DNA of 64,000 nt from Bacteriovoracaceae bacterium (GTDB lineage Bacteria > Bdellovibrionota > Bacteriovoracia > Bacteriovoracales > Bacteriovoracaceae), in the NCBI GenBank assembly GCA_048270185.1, contig JBLWTJ010000001.1, positions 544,001 to 608,000 of the forward strand. The letters are read 5' to 3'. Made by a program: the position numbers and the translations under genes. The notes beneath the pieces are model-generated. The model searched no databases, had not been told where the DNA came from, and saw only the letters and a list, made by a program, of their open reading frames with translations. This document shows positions 40,281 to 49,791 of the stretch, piece after piece; positions within the stretch are counted from its first letter, which is position 1, and each line of letters begins with the position of its first letter.

Positions 40281-42467
40281 TTAGATTAAAAATAGCATTT
40301 CAAAATAAGTTGGCACAGGCCATGATTCATCAGGAACGATGCGCTCAAGTTTTGCACAATGTTCAGCAATGACCTCACTGATAGGCATTAGATTATAAGC
40401 AAGAGCATGTGCTTTCTTCTCTTCATCTTCTTCCTTAGCTAAAGCTGCTAGGCTATTTCTTAGATTACGAGTTTGCTCAAAAGCCGCTTCAAGTGAGAAT
40501 TGAAGATCTTTTAAAATTTCAGTCTCAACACCTGCTTCAACCTTACAAGCTTTACTTGAAATAATAGAAGCTGTTAGCTTTGATTTGTAATCAAGAGCTG
40601 CAGGAATAATATGCTGACCAACCATATTGGCCAAAGTATCAAATTCAATTGATCGCTTTGTAATATAAGTCTCAAGAGCAACGTGATAACGAGTCTCTAG
40701 CTCTGTTGCACGATAAATTCCATGTTTAGTTAGAAAATCAGTTTCTTTCTTATCAACAAGTACGTTTAGACAATCTGCAGTTGTCTTAAGATTTGGAAGT
40801 CCTCTTCTTTCAGCTTCGACAAGCCAAGCGTCTGAGTATCCATCACCATTAAAAATAATATCCCAAGATTCATTTATATAAAGATGACAAATATCTAATA
40901 GGGCCTGATCAATTGATGTCCCCCCCTGAATTTTAGCTTCAAGTTGAGCATTGGCCTCTTCAAGTACACTTGCTACTGCACCATTAAGAACTGTTAAAGG
41001 GAAACCAATAGACTGGTCTGAACCACAAGCACGGAATTCAAATTTATTTCCAGTGAATGCAAATGGAGATGTCCTGTTACGGTCAGTATTATCTTTTGGA
41101 AGCTTTGCAAGTTGCCCGGCCCCTAAATCTAGTATTGTTTGAGACTCAGGAGAGAACTCCTTACCTTCTTTTATTGCAGATAAGATTTGCTCAATTGTTG
41201 AACCAGTAAAGACTGAGATAATCGATGGAGGCGCTTCGTTAGCTCCAAGACGATGGTCATTACTATGAGACGCAATTGAAGCGCGCATAAGTTTTGCGTG
41301 TCTTTTAACGGCCGCAATAACAACTGAAGTAAATGCTAAGAAGCGGTAGTTTTGATGCGGCTCACTTCCTGGCTCAAGAAGATTGATTCCCGTATCACTT
41401 GCAAGTGACCAGTTAAGGTGTTTACCTGAACCGTTGATACCAGCAAATGGCTTCTCGTGCATCAGAGCGACAAAGCCGTGTCTCTTAGCGACATTTTGAA
41501 TCATGGCCATAACCATTTGGTTATTGTCAGCTGAGATATTTGCATCTCTAAAAATTTGTGCAAGTTCGAATTGCCCTGGTGCAACCTCATTGTGACGAGT
41601 CTTTGCAGGGATCCCCAAGCGGTGAAGTTCAAAATCAAGTTCTTCCATAAAGGCCAGAACTCTCTCATTAATTGCTCCAAAGTAGTGATCATCAAGCTGT
41701 TGGTTCTTTGAAGAAGATGCACCAAAGAGAGTACGCCCTGTCATTACAAGGTCTTCTCTTTGATAGAAATAACTCTTATCAATAAGAAAGTATTCTTGTT
41801 CTGCTCCACAAGTTGCAATAACTCGCTTTACATCAGTTGATCCCGTTAGGTGCATGAACTTCTTTGCTGCGCTACCAAGAGTTGAAACTGATCTTAAAAG
41901 TGGAGTTTTAATATCAAGGGCCTCGCCATGGTATGAAACGAAGGCCGTTGGAATACAAAGTGTTTTTGCTTCCGTCCCCTCTATTAAGAACATTGGAGAA
42001 GTTAAGTCCCAGGCCGTATATCCACGGGCCTCAAAAGTTGAGCGTGAACCACCATTTGGAAAAGAAGAAGCATCTGGCTCACCTTGAATAAGTTGCGAAG
42101 CTGAAAGCTTTTCAATTGGCTTACCTGTATCGTAATCAAAATCTAAGAAGGCATCATGCTTTTCAGCAGTTGATCCCGTTAGTGGCTGAAACCAGTGACA
42201 AAAGTGTGTTGCACCTTTTGAGATGGCCCATTTTGTTACAGCTTTTGCAACAATTTCAGCTTGAGATTTTGTAATGTGTGAATTTGTGTTGATGGCCTCA
42301 GCAAGTTCTTCCTTAATTGAATCAGGAATTTCTTCTGCCGTATGAATATCGAATGTATTCTCGCCGTAGTACTCAGTAACTCTTTTGTGATTACCGGCAT
42401 TGTCTCTTGGACGAAAAAAACCTAGGCCTTGATTTAGTGTTTCTTGAAAAGAATTTTTAACACTCAT
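40281..42467 (-). CDS. glnA: Glutamine synthetase type III
   Basis: HWFQPLTG, GEPDASSFPNGG, HNEVAPGQFE, HEKPFAGINGSGKH and DRNRTSPFAFTGNKFEFR. Confidence 0.96.
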   Translation of the reverse strand: MSVKNSFQETLNQGLGFFRPRDNAGNHKRVTEYYGENTFDIHTAEEIPDSIKEELAEAINTNSHITKSQAEIVAKAVTKWAISKGATHFCHWFQPLTGSTAEKHDAFLDFDYDTGKPIEKLSASQLIQGEPDASSFPNGGSRSTFEARGYTAWDLTSPMFLIEGTEAKTLCIPTAFVSYHGEALDIKTPLLRSVSTLGSAAKKFMHLTGSTDVKRVIATCGAEQEYFLIDKSYFYQREDLVMTGRTLFGASSSKNQQLDDHYFGAINERVLAFMEELDFELHRLGIPAKTRHNEVAPGQFELAQIFRDANISADNNQMVMAMIQNVAKRHGFVALMHEKPFAGINGSGKHLNWSLASDTGINLLEPGSEPHQNYRFLAFTSVVIAAVKRHAKLMRASIASHSNDHRLGANEAPPSIISVFTGSTIEQILSAIKEGKEFSPESQTILDLGAGQLAKLPKDNTDRNRTSPFAFTGNKFEFRACGSDQSIGFPLTVLNGAVASVLEEANAQLEAKIQGGTSIDQALLDICHLYINESWDIIFNGDGYSDAWLVEAERRGLPNLKTTADCLNVLVDKKETDFLTKHGIYRATELETRYHVALETYITKRSIEFDTLANMVGQHIIPAALDYKSKLTASIISSKACKVEAGVETEILKDLQFSLEAAFEQTRNLRNSLAALAKEEDEEKKAHALAYNLMPISEVIAEHCAKLERIVPDESWPVPTYFEMLFLI

Positions 42468-42547
42468 GATAACTTCCTCTCCGTGGTAGCTTAGTTGAAT
42501 AACTAGCTATATTATAGGAAAGAAAGGCAATTAGTGCCAATAAAATT

Positions 42548-42694
42548 TTACTTATTTACAGTTTGAATTTGGTAAGTCTTAACTTGATTATAATCAAAAG
42601 TAGCAGCGTTTATCTTTGCCATGCAAAGAACACATCCTGCCATTAGAACGAAGACCATTTTTAAGACTGCTTCATATGCATCCGGTGGTAACAT
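42548..42694 (-). CDS. Small hypothetical protein (48 aa), not in the ORF track
   Basis: RBS ggag, then MLPPDAYEAVLKMVFVLMAGCVLCMAKINAATFDYNQVKTYQIQTVNK*; one hydrophobic segment. Confidence 0.5.
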   Translation of the reverse strand: MLPPDAYEAVLKMVFVLMAGCVLCMAKINAATFDYNQVKTYQIQTVNK

Positions 42695-42754
42695 TGCTTT
42701 CTCCAAAAGTTTAAGCTAGTTTTATTCTCTAAAATGTATTGATACTACTGCATA

Positions 42755-43336
42755 ATGACAAAAGAAATGCTGATGAGCAACAATAAAATTCTAACAAGTA
42801 CATATTTATACCTAGGCCCAAAGTCCCTGCCAGAAGACTTCTTAAGCGATGAAAAAGAAGGTTACAGATTGAGCCGCTATTGTCTAAGACAGCTTACACA
42901 AAGAGAAAATTTCAATATAACTAACCACTTACATCTAGAAAATGAACCACAAATGCTTGTCTCTCTTTCTCATACGAGAGGATTAGCTGCCAGCGCGCTT
43001 TGCGTCAACGAACAGATCAACTCAATTGGAGTCGATATCGAATGGTGTGGCCGCAAGATACGAGAAGGTAGCTTCAAGTACTTCGTCTCTCAAGATATCG
43101 AATTAGAATTTCACTCTCCTCTTGAGATCTGGTGCATTAAAGAAGCCGCATTCAAGGCCTACTCTCCTATTTACGAAAAAAATCAATCTCATAATAAGAA
43201 AGTGCTCGTTCTTACTGACTTTAGAATAAGCGAACATGGTAAGCTTAAAGGGCCAGGTAGTATCGAGCTCGCTTACCAAATAAGAGAGCATGAATATGAG
43301 GGCGATAAATTTATCATCGCCCTAGCTGAATTTTGA
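42755..43336 (+). CDS. 4'-phosphopantetheinyl transferase (Sfp/EntD-like)
   Basis: VSLSHT, IGVDIE and WCIKEAAFKA. Confidence 0.85.
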   Translation: MTKEMLMSNNKILTSTYLYLGPKSLPEDFLSDEKEGYRLSRYCLRQLTQRENFNITNHLHLENEPQMLVSLSHTRGLAASALCVNEQINSIGVDIEWCGRKIREGSFKYFVSQDIELEFHSPLEIWCIKEAAFKAYSPIYEKNQSHNKKVLVLTDFRISEHGKLKGPGSIELAYQIREHEYEGDKFIIALAEF

Positions 43337-43337
43337 T

Positions 43338-45095
43338 TTATTTTAAATAATTTGAAAGTTTCGATTCATCAGCGATCGTGATTTCTTTGATCTCACGAAG
43401 ACCTGAACCAAATGTCACGCGAATTGTTTGAAGCTTTCCAGTTCTTGCAATGAGAAAATCAACCTGATCATTTTCTTTATAAAAATCCGAAAGCTGATCA
43501 AGTAAGGCCTTATCTACTCTTAAAGCATTTATCGCAATGATCTCATCGCCTGCGTTAAGTCCGGCCTTAAAACCACAACTATCCTGACGAATAGACTTAA
43601 TAATGGCCTTACCACGCTCTTCTGCAATATTTGCACCAAGATCAAGCTTTGGAGTCGTCCATTCAACTTTGGCCCCTAAACGAGATAAGTAATTTTCAAA
43701 GTCTATTTCCTCGACACCTTCCACAAGAAGTTTAAATTCACTCGTTTTATCTTCACTTAGCATCGAAGAAAGAATGTCAAAAAAGCCTTCTTTTGTGATT
43801 CCCGTCTGTGGCCTTTCTTTGTAATCATTCCATAGTGCTCTAACTAGATCATTAATACCCTTACCTTCTTCTTTAAGAAGAATATTTAAGATAAGGAAAA
43901 CTAAGCCACCCTTAAGGTAGTAACTAACTGAAGAGTTTTTAAAATCTTCTCCAGCACGATAGAGCTTAATCCAAGCATTAAATGAAGAATCTTCAAGTGA
44001 ATGATAACCACGCCCAGGTGTGCCTAGGTAATTATTAATATTCTTCTTTAAACACTCTAGATATTCACTGGCCGAGTAAAAACCACTTCGATAAGTTACA
44101 AGCTGATCAATGAAACTTGTAAGCCCTTCAGTTAACCAGTGCATACGAGTATAGTTTTCATTCTGATAATCAAAAGGTCCAAGCTCAAGGGGTCTAATAC
44201 GTTTCACATTCCAAAGATGAAAGTACTCGTGAGCAACAAGCTCTAGGTATTCTTTGCGTCCTTTCTCTTTAGCAAGTTCAAAAGGGCAAAATTGTAAAAC
44301 AGTTGAGTCAAGGTGCTCAAGTCCACCAAAACCCTTTGGAGTTAGGTGCGTGATAAAGTAATAGTGATCATATGGTAGCTCATCACCAACAACAGCTGCT
44401 GTTTCAGCAACGATTTTTTGTATATCTTCTTTAAGACCAGTTAAGACATCTTCAGTTGTAGCAAAATCTCCATAGAAAGAAATATGATGCTCTTTATTTT
44501 CAAACATGAAGCCATCAGTTTCGTGACAGCCAATTTCAAAAGGCGTATCCATTAACTCGTCAATGTCGGCCGCTTCATAAATAAATTGATCGCGCACTTC
44601 AGAAATATCTTTTAAGGCCGTCGTTACTTTTGACCATAGTGGATTCATCTTTACTTCAACTTGAGCAGGTCCGTTATAGTCTTTAAGAGATAGATAAACA
44701 CTTGGCCCATGTAAGAAGGCATGCGTATTATCAACATGAGAAGTTCTAACAGTTAATTCATGACAGTAGATACTATAGTTAATACGAATCTTTCCATCTT
44801 CACCAAAAGCTTCACTTGGAAAACTTGGATGATTTAAATCCACTTCCCACTCACTCTTAGATAGTTGTTCTAAGTAAAGTCTTACACCCTTTGAATCTTC
44901 TGCCTTAATTTCCTTAATATTTCTTCCATACTCGCGCATTAAATAAGATCCAGGTGACCATGATGGAATAAAGAATGTTGCCTTCTTTAATGACTTATCC
45001 AGCACTGCGTCTAAACTTATATTAACGAGATGTGTATGTGGGTTTGCAATTTCAATTATATACTTAAGCATCTTTAAGGCTCCTTTTACGTTCAT
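43338..45095 (-). CDS. M61 glycyl aminopeptidase with PDZ domain (start may be 45071)
   Basis: PSWSPGSY, GGLEH, AHEYFHLWNVKRIRP, WLTEGLTS, YYLKG and a C-terminal PDZ (AGLNAGDEIIAIN). Confidence 0.93.
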   Translation of the reverse strand: MNVKGALKMLKYIIEIANPHTHLVNISLDAVLDKSLKKATFFIPSWSPGSYLMREYGRNIKEIKAEDSKGVRLYLEQLSKSEWEVDLNHPSFPSEAFGEDGKIRINYSIYCHELTVRTSHVDNTHAFLHGPSVYLSLKDYNGPAQVEVKMNPLWSKVTTALKDISEVRDQFIYEAADIDELMDTPFEIGCHETDGFMFENKEHHISFYGDFATTEDVLTGLKEDIQKIVAETAAVVGDELPYDHYYFITHLTPKGFGGLEHLDSTVLQFCPFELAKEKGRKEYLELVAHEYFHLWNVKRIRPLELGPFDYQNENYTRMHWLTEGLTSFIDQLVTYRSGFYSASEYLECLKKNINNYLGTPGRGYHSLEDSSFNAWIKLYRAGEDFKNSSVSYYLKGGLVFLILNILLKEEGKGINDLVRALWNDYKERPQTGITKEGFFDILSSMLSEDKTSEFKLLVEGVEEIDFENYLSRLGAKVEWTTPKLDLGANIAEERGKAIIKSIRQDSCGFKAGLNAGDEIIAINALRVDKALLDQLSDFYKENDQVDFLIARTGKLQTIRVTFGSGLREIKEITIADESKLSNYLK

Positions 45096-45202
45096 TATAT
45101 GATCCTTTCATATGTCCAATTTATTTCAATAAAAACCTCTTGAAAAGGGTTCGTTTACTTGCTAAAAGCCAATTAACAACACAATTTAATGGAAATTAAC
45201 CA

Positions 45203-45646
45203 ATGACGACAAAATCAGCTATCGCAAATGCTTCTGCGCCTAAACATTATGAAGTCGATCGTGAGAAAGTAATTTTACCTATTCTCAATTTTACTCAAAT
45301 TGCAAAAGATCAACTTAATCTTATGCTCGAAAATGATTTTACTCTACAAGGAAAGTACTTAAGAATTCTTATTAGCGGTAAAGGCTGTGAGGGATTTAAG
45401 TATTCGATTGGATTTCATGATCTAAATGACGAAGACTTCCTGATACCTGTGGAATCTATGGGAATAGAAGTTGCCATCGATCCCTTTACAGCATTCTACT
45501 TAGGTGAAACTGAAATTGATTACCAATTCAATTACATCAATGATGAAGAAGGATTTGTTGTGACAAATAAGCAACAGTCTGATTTTGAAGGCAAGTTCTG
45601 GCGTAAAGACAAGAGCAAGATACCACCAAAGGCCCAGGTTCAATAA
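45203..45646 (+). CDS. HesB/IscA-like protein lacking the C-terminal CxC
   Basis: LRILISGKGCEGFKYSIGF and YLGETEIDY...EGFVVTN; no CGCG motif. Confidence 0.75.
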   Translation: MTTKSAIANASAPKHYEVDREKVILPILNFTQIAKDQLNLMLENDFTLQGKYLRILISGKGCEGFKYSIGFHDLNDEDFLIPVESMGIEVAIDPFTAFYLGETEIDYQFNYINDEEGFVVTNKQQSDFEGKFWRKDKSKIPPKAQVQ

Positions 45647-45649
45647 GAA

Positions 45650-46450
45650 ATGGATTATCGTTACTTAAAAGCATTCTCTCTTACTGCAAAGTACTTAAGT
45701 TTCTCTAAGGCCGCAGCAGAGCTTAAAATTGCTCAATCTGCAGTTTCGAGACAAGTGAAGCTACTTGAAGAGTCGATGAATGAAGAACTTATAATTCGTT
45801 CAAGCAAGAAAGTTATCTTAACGAAAAAGGCCAAACAACTTTTAAACACGATTGATCAATTCGAAGTAAATCTTGGAGAAATTTTTGAAACGGCCCAGGA
45901 AAAGCCTGTTCATATAGGAATCCTCGACGGCCTTCTTGTTAATTGGTTTAACCCAATCTTAGCAAGCTATGCCAAGACTTCACAAAGAGATATATTTGTC
46001 CACGTGGCCGACTCTCCGGCCCTTAGACGTGGTATTGAAGACGGTGTCTACGACATGATCTTCTCAACTGATAACTTCCAGTCGGATTTAACTTCATCTC
46101 TGAAGTTATTCGAAGAAAAATTTGTCATCATTTCAAAAGATGAAATTAATCGAAGAAAGCTTCATGAATACACTTGGATTGTCTTTAGCGATCTGGATCA
46201 TCTTCACAAGTTATCAAAGAAGCCGCCACAGAAGAAGATTGTGGTTGAGTCTTTAGAGAGTATTAAGTCACTCGTTAGACAAGGTGTTGGTATTGCAGTT
46301 GTGCCGGATCACACTCTTTCAGACAAAGAAGAATTTAGACTTTCCCCTATTACTGGCCTTAAGAATATGAATATCTATATGACAACATTAAGTTATAAGA
46401 ATAGGCCAAGTTTTCTAAAAGAATTTATTAAGATACTAGAGGCAAAGTAG
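45650..46450 (+). CDS. LysR-family transcriptional regulator
   Basis: SFSKAAAELKIAQSAVSRQVKLLEE HTH. Confidence 0.93.
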   Translation: MDYRYLKAFSLTAKYLSFSKAAAELKIAQSAVSRQVKLLEESMNEELIIRSSKKVILTKKAKQLLNTIDQFEVNLGEIFETAQEKPVHIGILDGLLVNWFNPILASYAKTSQRDIFVHVADSPALRRGIEDGVYDMIFSTDNFQSDLTSSLKLFEEKFVIISKDEINRRKLHEYTWIVFSDLDHLHKLSKKPPQKKIVVESLESIKSLVRQGVGIAVVPDHTLSDKEEFRLSPITGLKNMNIYMTTLSYKNRPSFLKEFIKILEAK

Positions 46451-46462
46451 TATTGCCTCTAG
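46436..46462. terminator. Hairpin at convergent gene ends
   Basis: ctagaggcaa-agtagta-ttgcctctag. Confidence 0.55.
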
Positions 46463-46476
46463 ATTATTATATTGAA

Positions 46477-46977
46477 TTACTTTGTGATTTTAATTGTTTT
46501 AATTCCAATCGTCCCGATAAGAAACTTCGTATTAGAAACGAAGTGAAGTCTTTGAGCTCTCTTATTTTGAAAGTTGAAAACCCATGATTCACCAACTCGT
46601 TCAACAGAAGCATCATACTTTTTGCGCTCTCCATTAACCCCACTATAAAGTGTATCAAGTTCAATATCGGCACCATCAGTTGGGTTGAAGTTAGATGCTT
46701 TAATTTTTGCGACATCACGTCCACTTCTCTTAACAAGTGTTACACCGTTAAGGATCTGTTCAACAGAATAGTTTTCCTTTGAAAGAACACCGCCGCTTTT
46801 ATTAAATTCAGTTTTATAAACTGACTCAATCTCCATTGTATTGTCATCAACAACCATACCTAAGTGATAATAAGTATCATCTTCATCATTAGTGATGTGA
46901 ACAAGCTTTACATTGGCAGCAAGCAAGCTTGTCGTCGTAAGCGAAATAAGTAGAAATAATTTTAAAAGTAATTTCAT
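46477..46977 (-). CDS. Hypothetical secreted beta-rich protein
   Basis: Signal peptide MKLLLKLFLLISLTTTSLLA; RBS gagggag. Confidence 0.8.
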   Translation of the reverse strand: MKLLLKLFLLISLTTTSLLAANVKLVHITNDEDDTYYHLGMVVDDNTMEIESVYKTEFNKSGGVLSKENYSVEQILNGVTLVKRSGRDVAKIKASNFNPTDGADIELDTLYSGVNGERKKYDASVERVGESWVFNFQNKRAQRLHFVSNTKFLIGTIGIKTIKITK

Positions 46978-47103
46978 AAATCTCTCCCTCTAAGTGATGC
47001 GGCATCTTGCCATTAATCGCCGTCTTTTGGGAGAGAAAATATTACAATAAGGCCCCTTAACAGAAGCCTGAGACATTAGTCATGACTAATAGTACTGATT
47101 AGC

Positions 47104-48828
47104 CTAACTTAAAGTATTGAAAATAATAGGGCCACCGATATGCTTGAACTCATCATCTCGTAAATTTTCAAATTCATAGCCGTGTAGATGGTCATGTAAA
47201 ATTTTCAATATATACTCTTCGATATTAGAAATTTCGCTTAACCCAAAAGTCAGAGCGAAGTTGTGGGCCTTTTGTCTAAGGTAATCATTATCAAAGATTC
47301 CCTGATGAATTTGAGAAGCTGATGCAAATTCTCTAAATTCGCTTATAGAAACACCCATTTTTCGAGAATCATCTTTTTCAAATTTCTCTAAACAGAAGTT
47401 GATAAGAGTTGAAAGTATAATGGCCTCAAAATCAATCGAGTTTATATCGTAATTCAAGTAGTAATTATCAGAGAGCATGCCATCATCTTTTAATGATAGA
47501 TAAGTTTCTTTTAGTGTCTTTATAAATGGCATTAGATCAATTAAAAGCCTGCACTTGCTCTCAAGCTTTCTCCAAACCTCAACATTATTAACAACAACTA
47601 TTTTATTATCATTATCACGATACTTAACAAGGTCGCTATAAAAGTCATCTAAGAAGAGTTCAAATGAAGCTCCTAAGAAGTTGTCTTCAGAGTCTTCAAG
47701 TAGATTCATTCGAAGTGCTTTCTTAACATCTTTTTGTAAAATTCTAATTAGTGAATTTCCAATCTTATATATATCAGTGAAGTCAAAGAATTCAAAAATG
47801 CTCTTATCACCAAAGTCCTTCACACTATTGATATAGGACATTCCAAGAAGGATCAATTCTCGATTCTGGTTCCCAATTCTTGTCATGGCCACAGGGCCAT
47901 CTTTTAGGACACCATGAAACTCCATGCTAGCGTTAAGCATACGAATAAAATTAAAGTGTAGATAATTAAAACGTTTATCATCAGTCACTTTCTGAAGCTC
48001 TTCATGGATACTTTGAGCATTCTTTTCAAAAGCTATAATAGAATTCTGATGAAGTGTCTGAAGCTTTCCAAGGGTTGAAATTGCACCTGTTAGGGCCTCT
48101 TTCTTATGAATAAACAAGTCCACATGTCCAAGAGAAGCAAATGGATTCACTACCTGTAAGGCCTCAAAATAATCAACAAAACCAAATTCACGAAGACGCT
48201 CTTTCTTGTCTTGGTATTGATTTTCATTATAAGTCATATAGTCTTCTGAAACCATTTTAAATAGGTGTTGATAAGCTTTCTCAACCCCCACTTCACTATA
48301 GAGATCACGTATGAGAAGCTTTACTTCATCAACGATGTCATTATCATCATCGTATTCAAAGAGCAGAAGATTATCTTCTGTTAAGAAGTAATTATCGTGC
48401 TCATCTGGATAAAGTGGATCTTCCACATCAAATGTCCAAACATTGAAGCGGCCTTTTAAGAAGAGAATGAACTGATCTGACTTAACAAATTCATAACGAA
48501 TTTCATCATCTGGGCACTTAGCAACAGTACTTACCCAAGTTGTAAATTCATTGATATCAAGTTCATCTTTTGTCCATAGATCAATATCATAGAAAGTCTC
48601 TCGTTGCTCTTTTGACAAAAGCTTGAGCGAGTGAGTTTTTACCTCAATTGGAAGGGCCTTAATTGAAACATATAGAGGCTGAACAGGAAGCTTTTCTAAG
48701 CTCTCCCCTTTGGAAATATAGCTATTTACTAATTCCATGGAAGTGTAGGCCTTTGATTCCTTAAGAATCAAGGTAATTACATCAGTTGTTATAGGGATTT
48801 TCTTATTATTTTCAGGCTTATCAGTCAT
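47104..48828 (-). CDS. Conserved hypothetical protein, probably DUF6178-like
   Basis: EQRETFYDIDLW and ERLREFGFVDYFEA resemble a family seen in Bdellovibrionota/myxobacteria (recalled, not verified). Confidence 0.6.
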   Translation of the reverse strand: MTDKPENNKKIPITTDVITLILKESKAYTSMELVNSYISKGESLEKLPVQPLYVSIKALPIEVKTHSLKLLSKEQRETFYDIDLWTKDELDINEFTTWVSTVAKCPDDEIRYEFVKSDQFILFLKGRFNVWTFDVEDPLYPDEHDNYFLTEDNLLLFEYDDDNDIVDEVKLLIRDLYSEVGVEKAYQHLFKMVSEDYMTYNENQYQDKKERLREFGFVDYFEALQVVNPFASLGHVDLFIHKKEALTGAISTLGKLQTLHQNSIIAFEKNAQSIHEELQKVTDDKRFNYLHFNFIRMLNASMEFHGVLKDGPVAMTRIGNQNRELILLGMSYINSVKDFGDKSIFEFFDFTDIYKIGNSLIRILQKDVKKALRMNLLEDSEDNFLGASFELFLDDFYSDLVKYRDNDNKIVVVNNVEVWRKLESKCRLLIDLMPFIKTLKETYLSLKDDGMLSDNYYLNYDINSIDFEAIILSTLINFCLEKFEKDDSRKMGVSISEFREFASASQIHQGIFDNDYLRQKAHNFALTFGLSEISNIEEYILKILHDHLHGYEFENLRDDEFKHIGGPIIFNTLS

Positions 48829-48938
48829 TTAGCTAATTTATGCCATTTAGCACCAGTTGTTAACCTAAATCTGCTTCTAACGCGCCCCTAAGTGTTTGAG
48901 GCATAAAACTAATAAATATCATGAAAAGATCCGCAAAC

Positions 48939-48952
48939 ATGACCTAGGTCAT
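48939..48952. promoter_or_regulatory. Crp/Fnr-type palindromic operator
   Basis: Perfect 14-bp palindrome ATGAC-CTAG-GTCAT with FNR-box geometry (TGA-N6-TCA) upstream of the Crp/Fnr gene. Confidence 0.65.
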
Positions 48953-49018
48953 ATTTTTTTACCTATATCTTATTTAAATTAAACATGTGGGATGTTAATA
49001 TAAATCATTGGAATATTT

Positions 49019-49732
49019 ATGACAAAAATTGAGAAAAAACAATGCAGTGAGTGCCCTTCTAGAGATCAGGGAATCTTTTGCAAACTCTCGTTAGTTGAAA
49101 CTTTAGAAGTTTCGGCGACAACAAACACTCTTAGTTTTAAAAGAGGTGATAACTTATTTTCTCAAGGAAATCAGTCAGCAGGAATCTACTGCATTCAGTC
49201 AGGAAATATAAAACTAACAAAAACAGGTACAGATGGAAAAGAGACAATTGTAAGAATTGTAAAAAAAGGCGATGTCATTGGTCACCGCTCCCTTTTCACT
49301 TCTCAAGATTTTAACGGAACTGCAACGGCCCTTGATAATGTTGTAGCCTGCTTCATCGATAAATCAAATTTCTTAAAAATGATTCAAGAAAAACCAAAAA
49401 TTTCGCTTGAGTTAATTAATCGATTAAGTCGCGATATGGGAATAGCAGAAGAACGATCTAGTGCGTTTCATCAAAAGAATGTTAGAGAGCGTATTGCTCA
49501 ATTAATTCTCGACCTAGGGCAATCACACGGAAGAACTCTAGAAGATGGATCAACTCAAATCGAGCTGAAGCTTACAAGAGAAGAAATGGCCACAATGATT
49601 GGAACGGCCAATGAAACTCTTATTAGAACTATTTCTGAATATCGTAAAGACGGACTAATAGATCAAAACGGAAAATTAATCATCATTAAAGATATTAAAG
49701 AGCTTGAAAAGAGAGCTCTTGGATATATTTAA
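49019..49732 (+). CDS. Crp/Fnr-family regulator, FNR-like with an N-terminal Cys cluster
   Basis: C-x2-C-x8-C at the N-terminus, cNMP-like domain and HTH LTREEMATMIGTANETLIR; lies upstream of the cco genes. Confidence 0.9.
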   Translation: MTKIEKKQCSECPSRDQGIFCKLSLVETLEVSATTNTLSFKRGDNLFSQGNQSAGIYCIQSGNIKLTKTGTDGKETIVRIVKKGDVIGHRSLFTSQDFNGTATALDNVVACFIDKSNFLKMIQEKPKISLELINRLSRDMGIAEERSSAFHQKNVRERIAQLILDLGQSHGRTLEDGSTQIELKLTREEMATMIGTANETLIRTISEYRKDGLIDQNGKLIIIKDIKELEKRALGYI

Positions 49733-49791
49733 GATTAATTTTTTTACTAATTTAACTATATCAAATTATAGTTTTCATAAAGAATAGAGAA

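Noticed and set aside
42526..42540. Sigma-54 promoter upstream of glnA (minus strand TTGGCACTAATTGCC)
   Set aside because: The spacing between GG and GC is 2 nt too short for a -24/-12 promoter.
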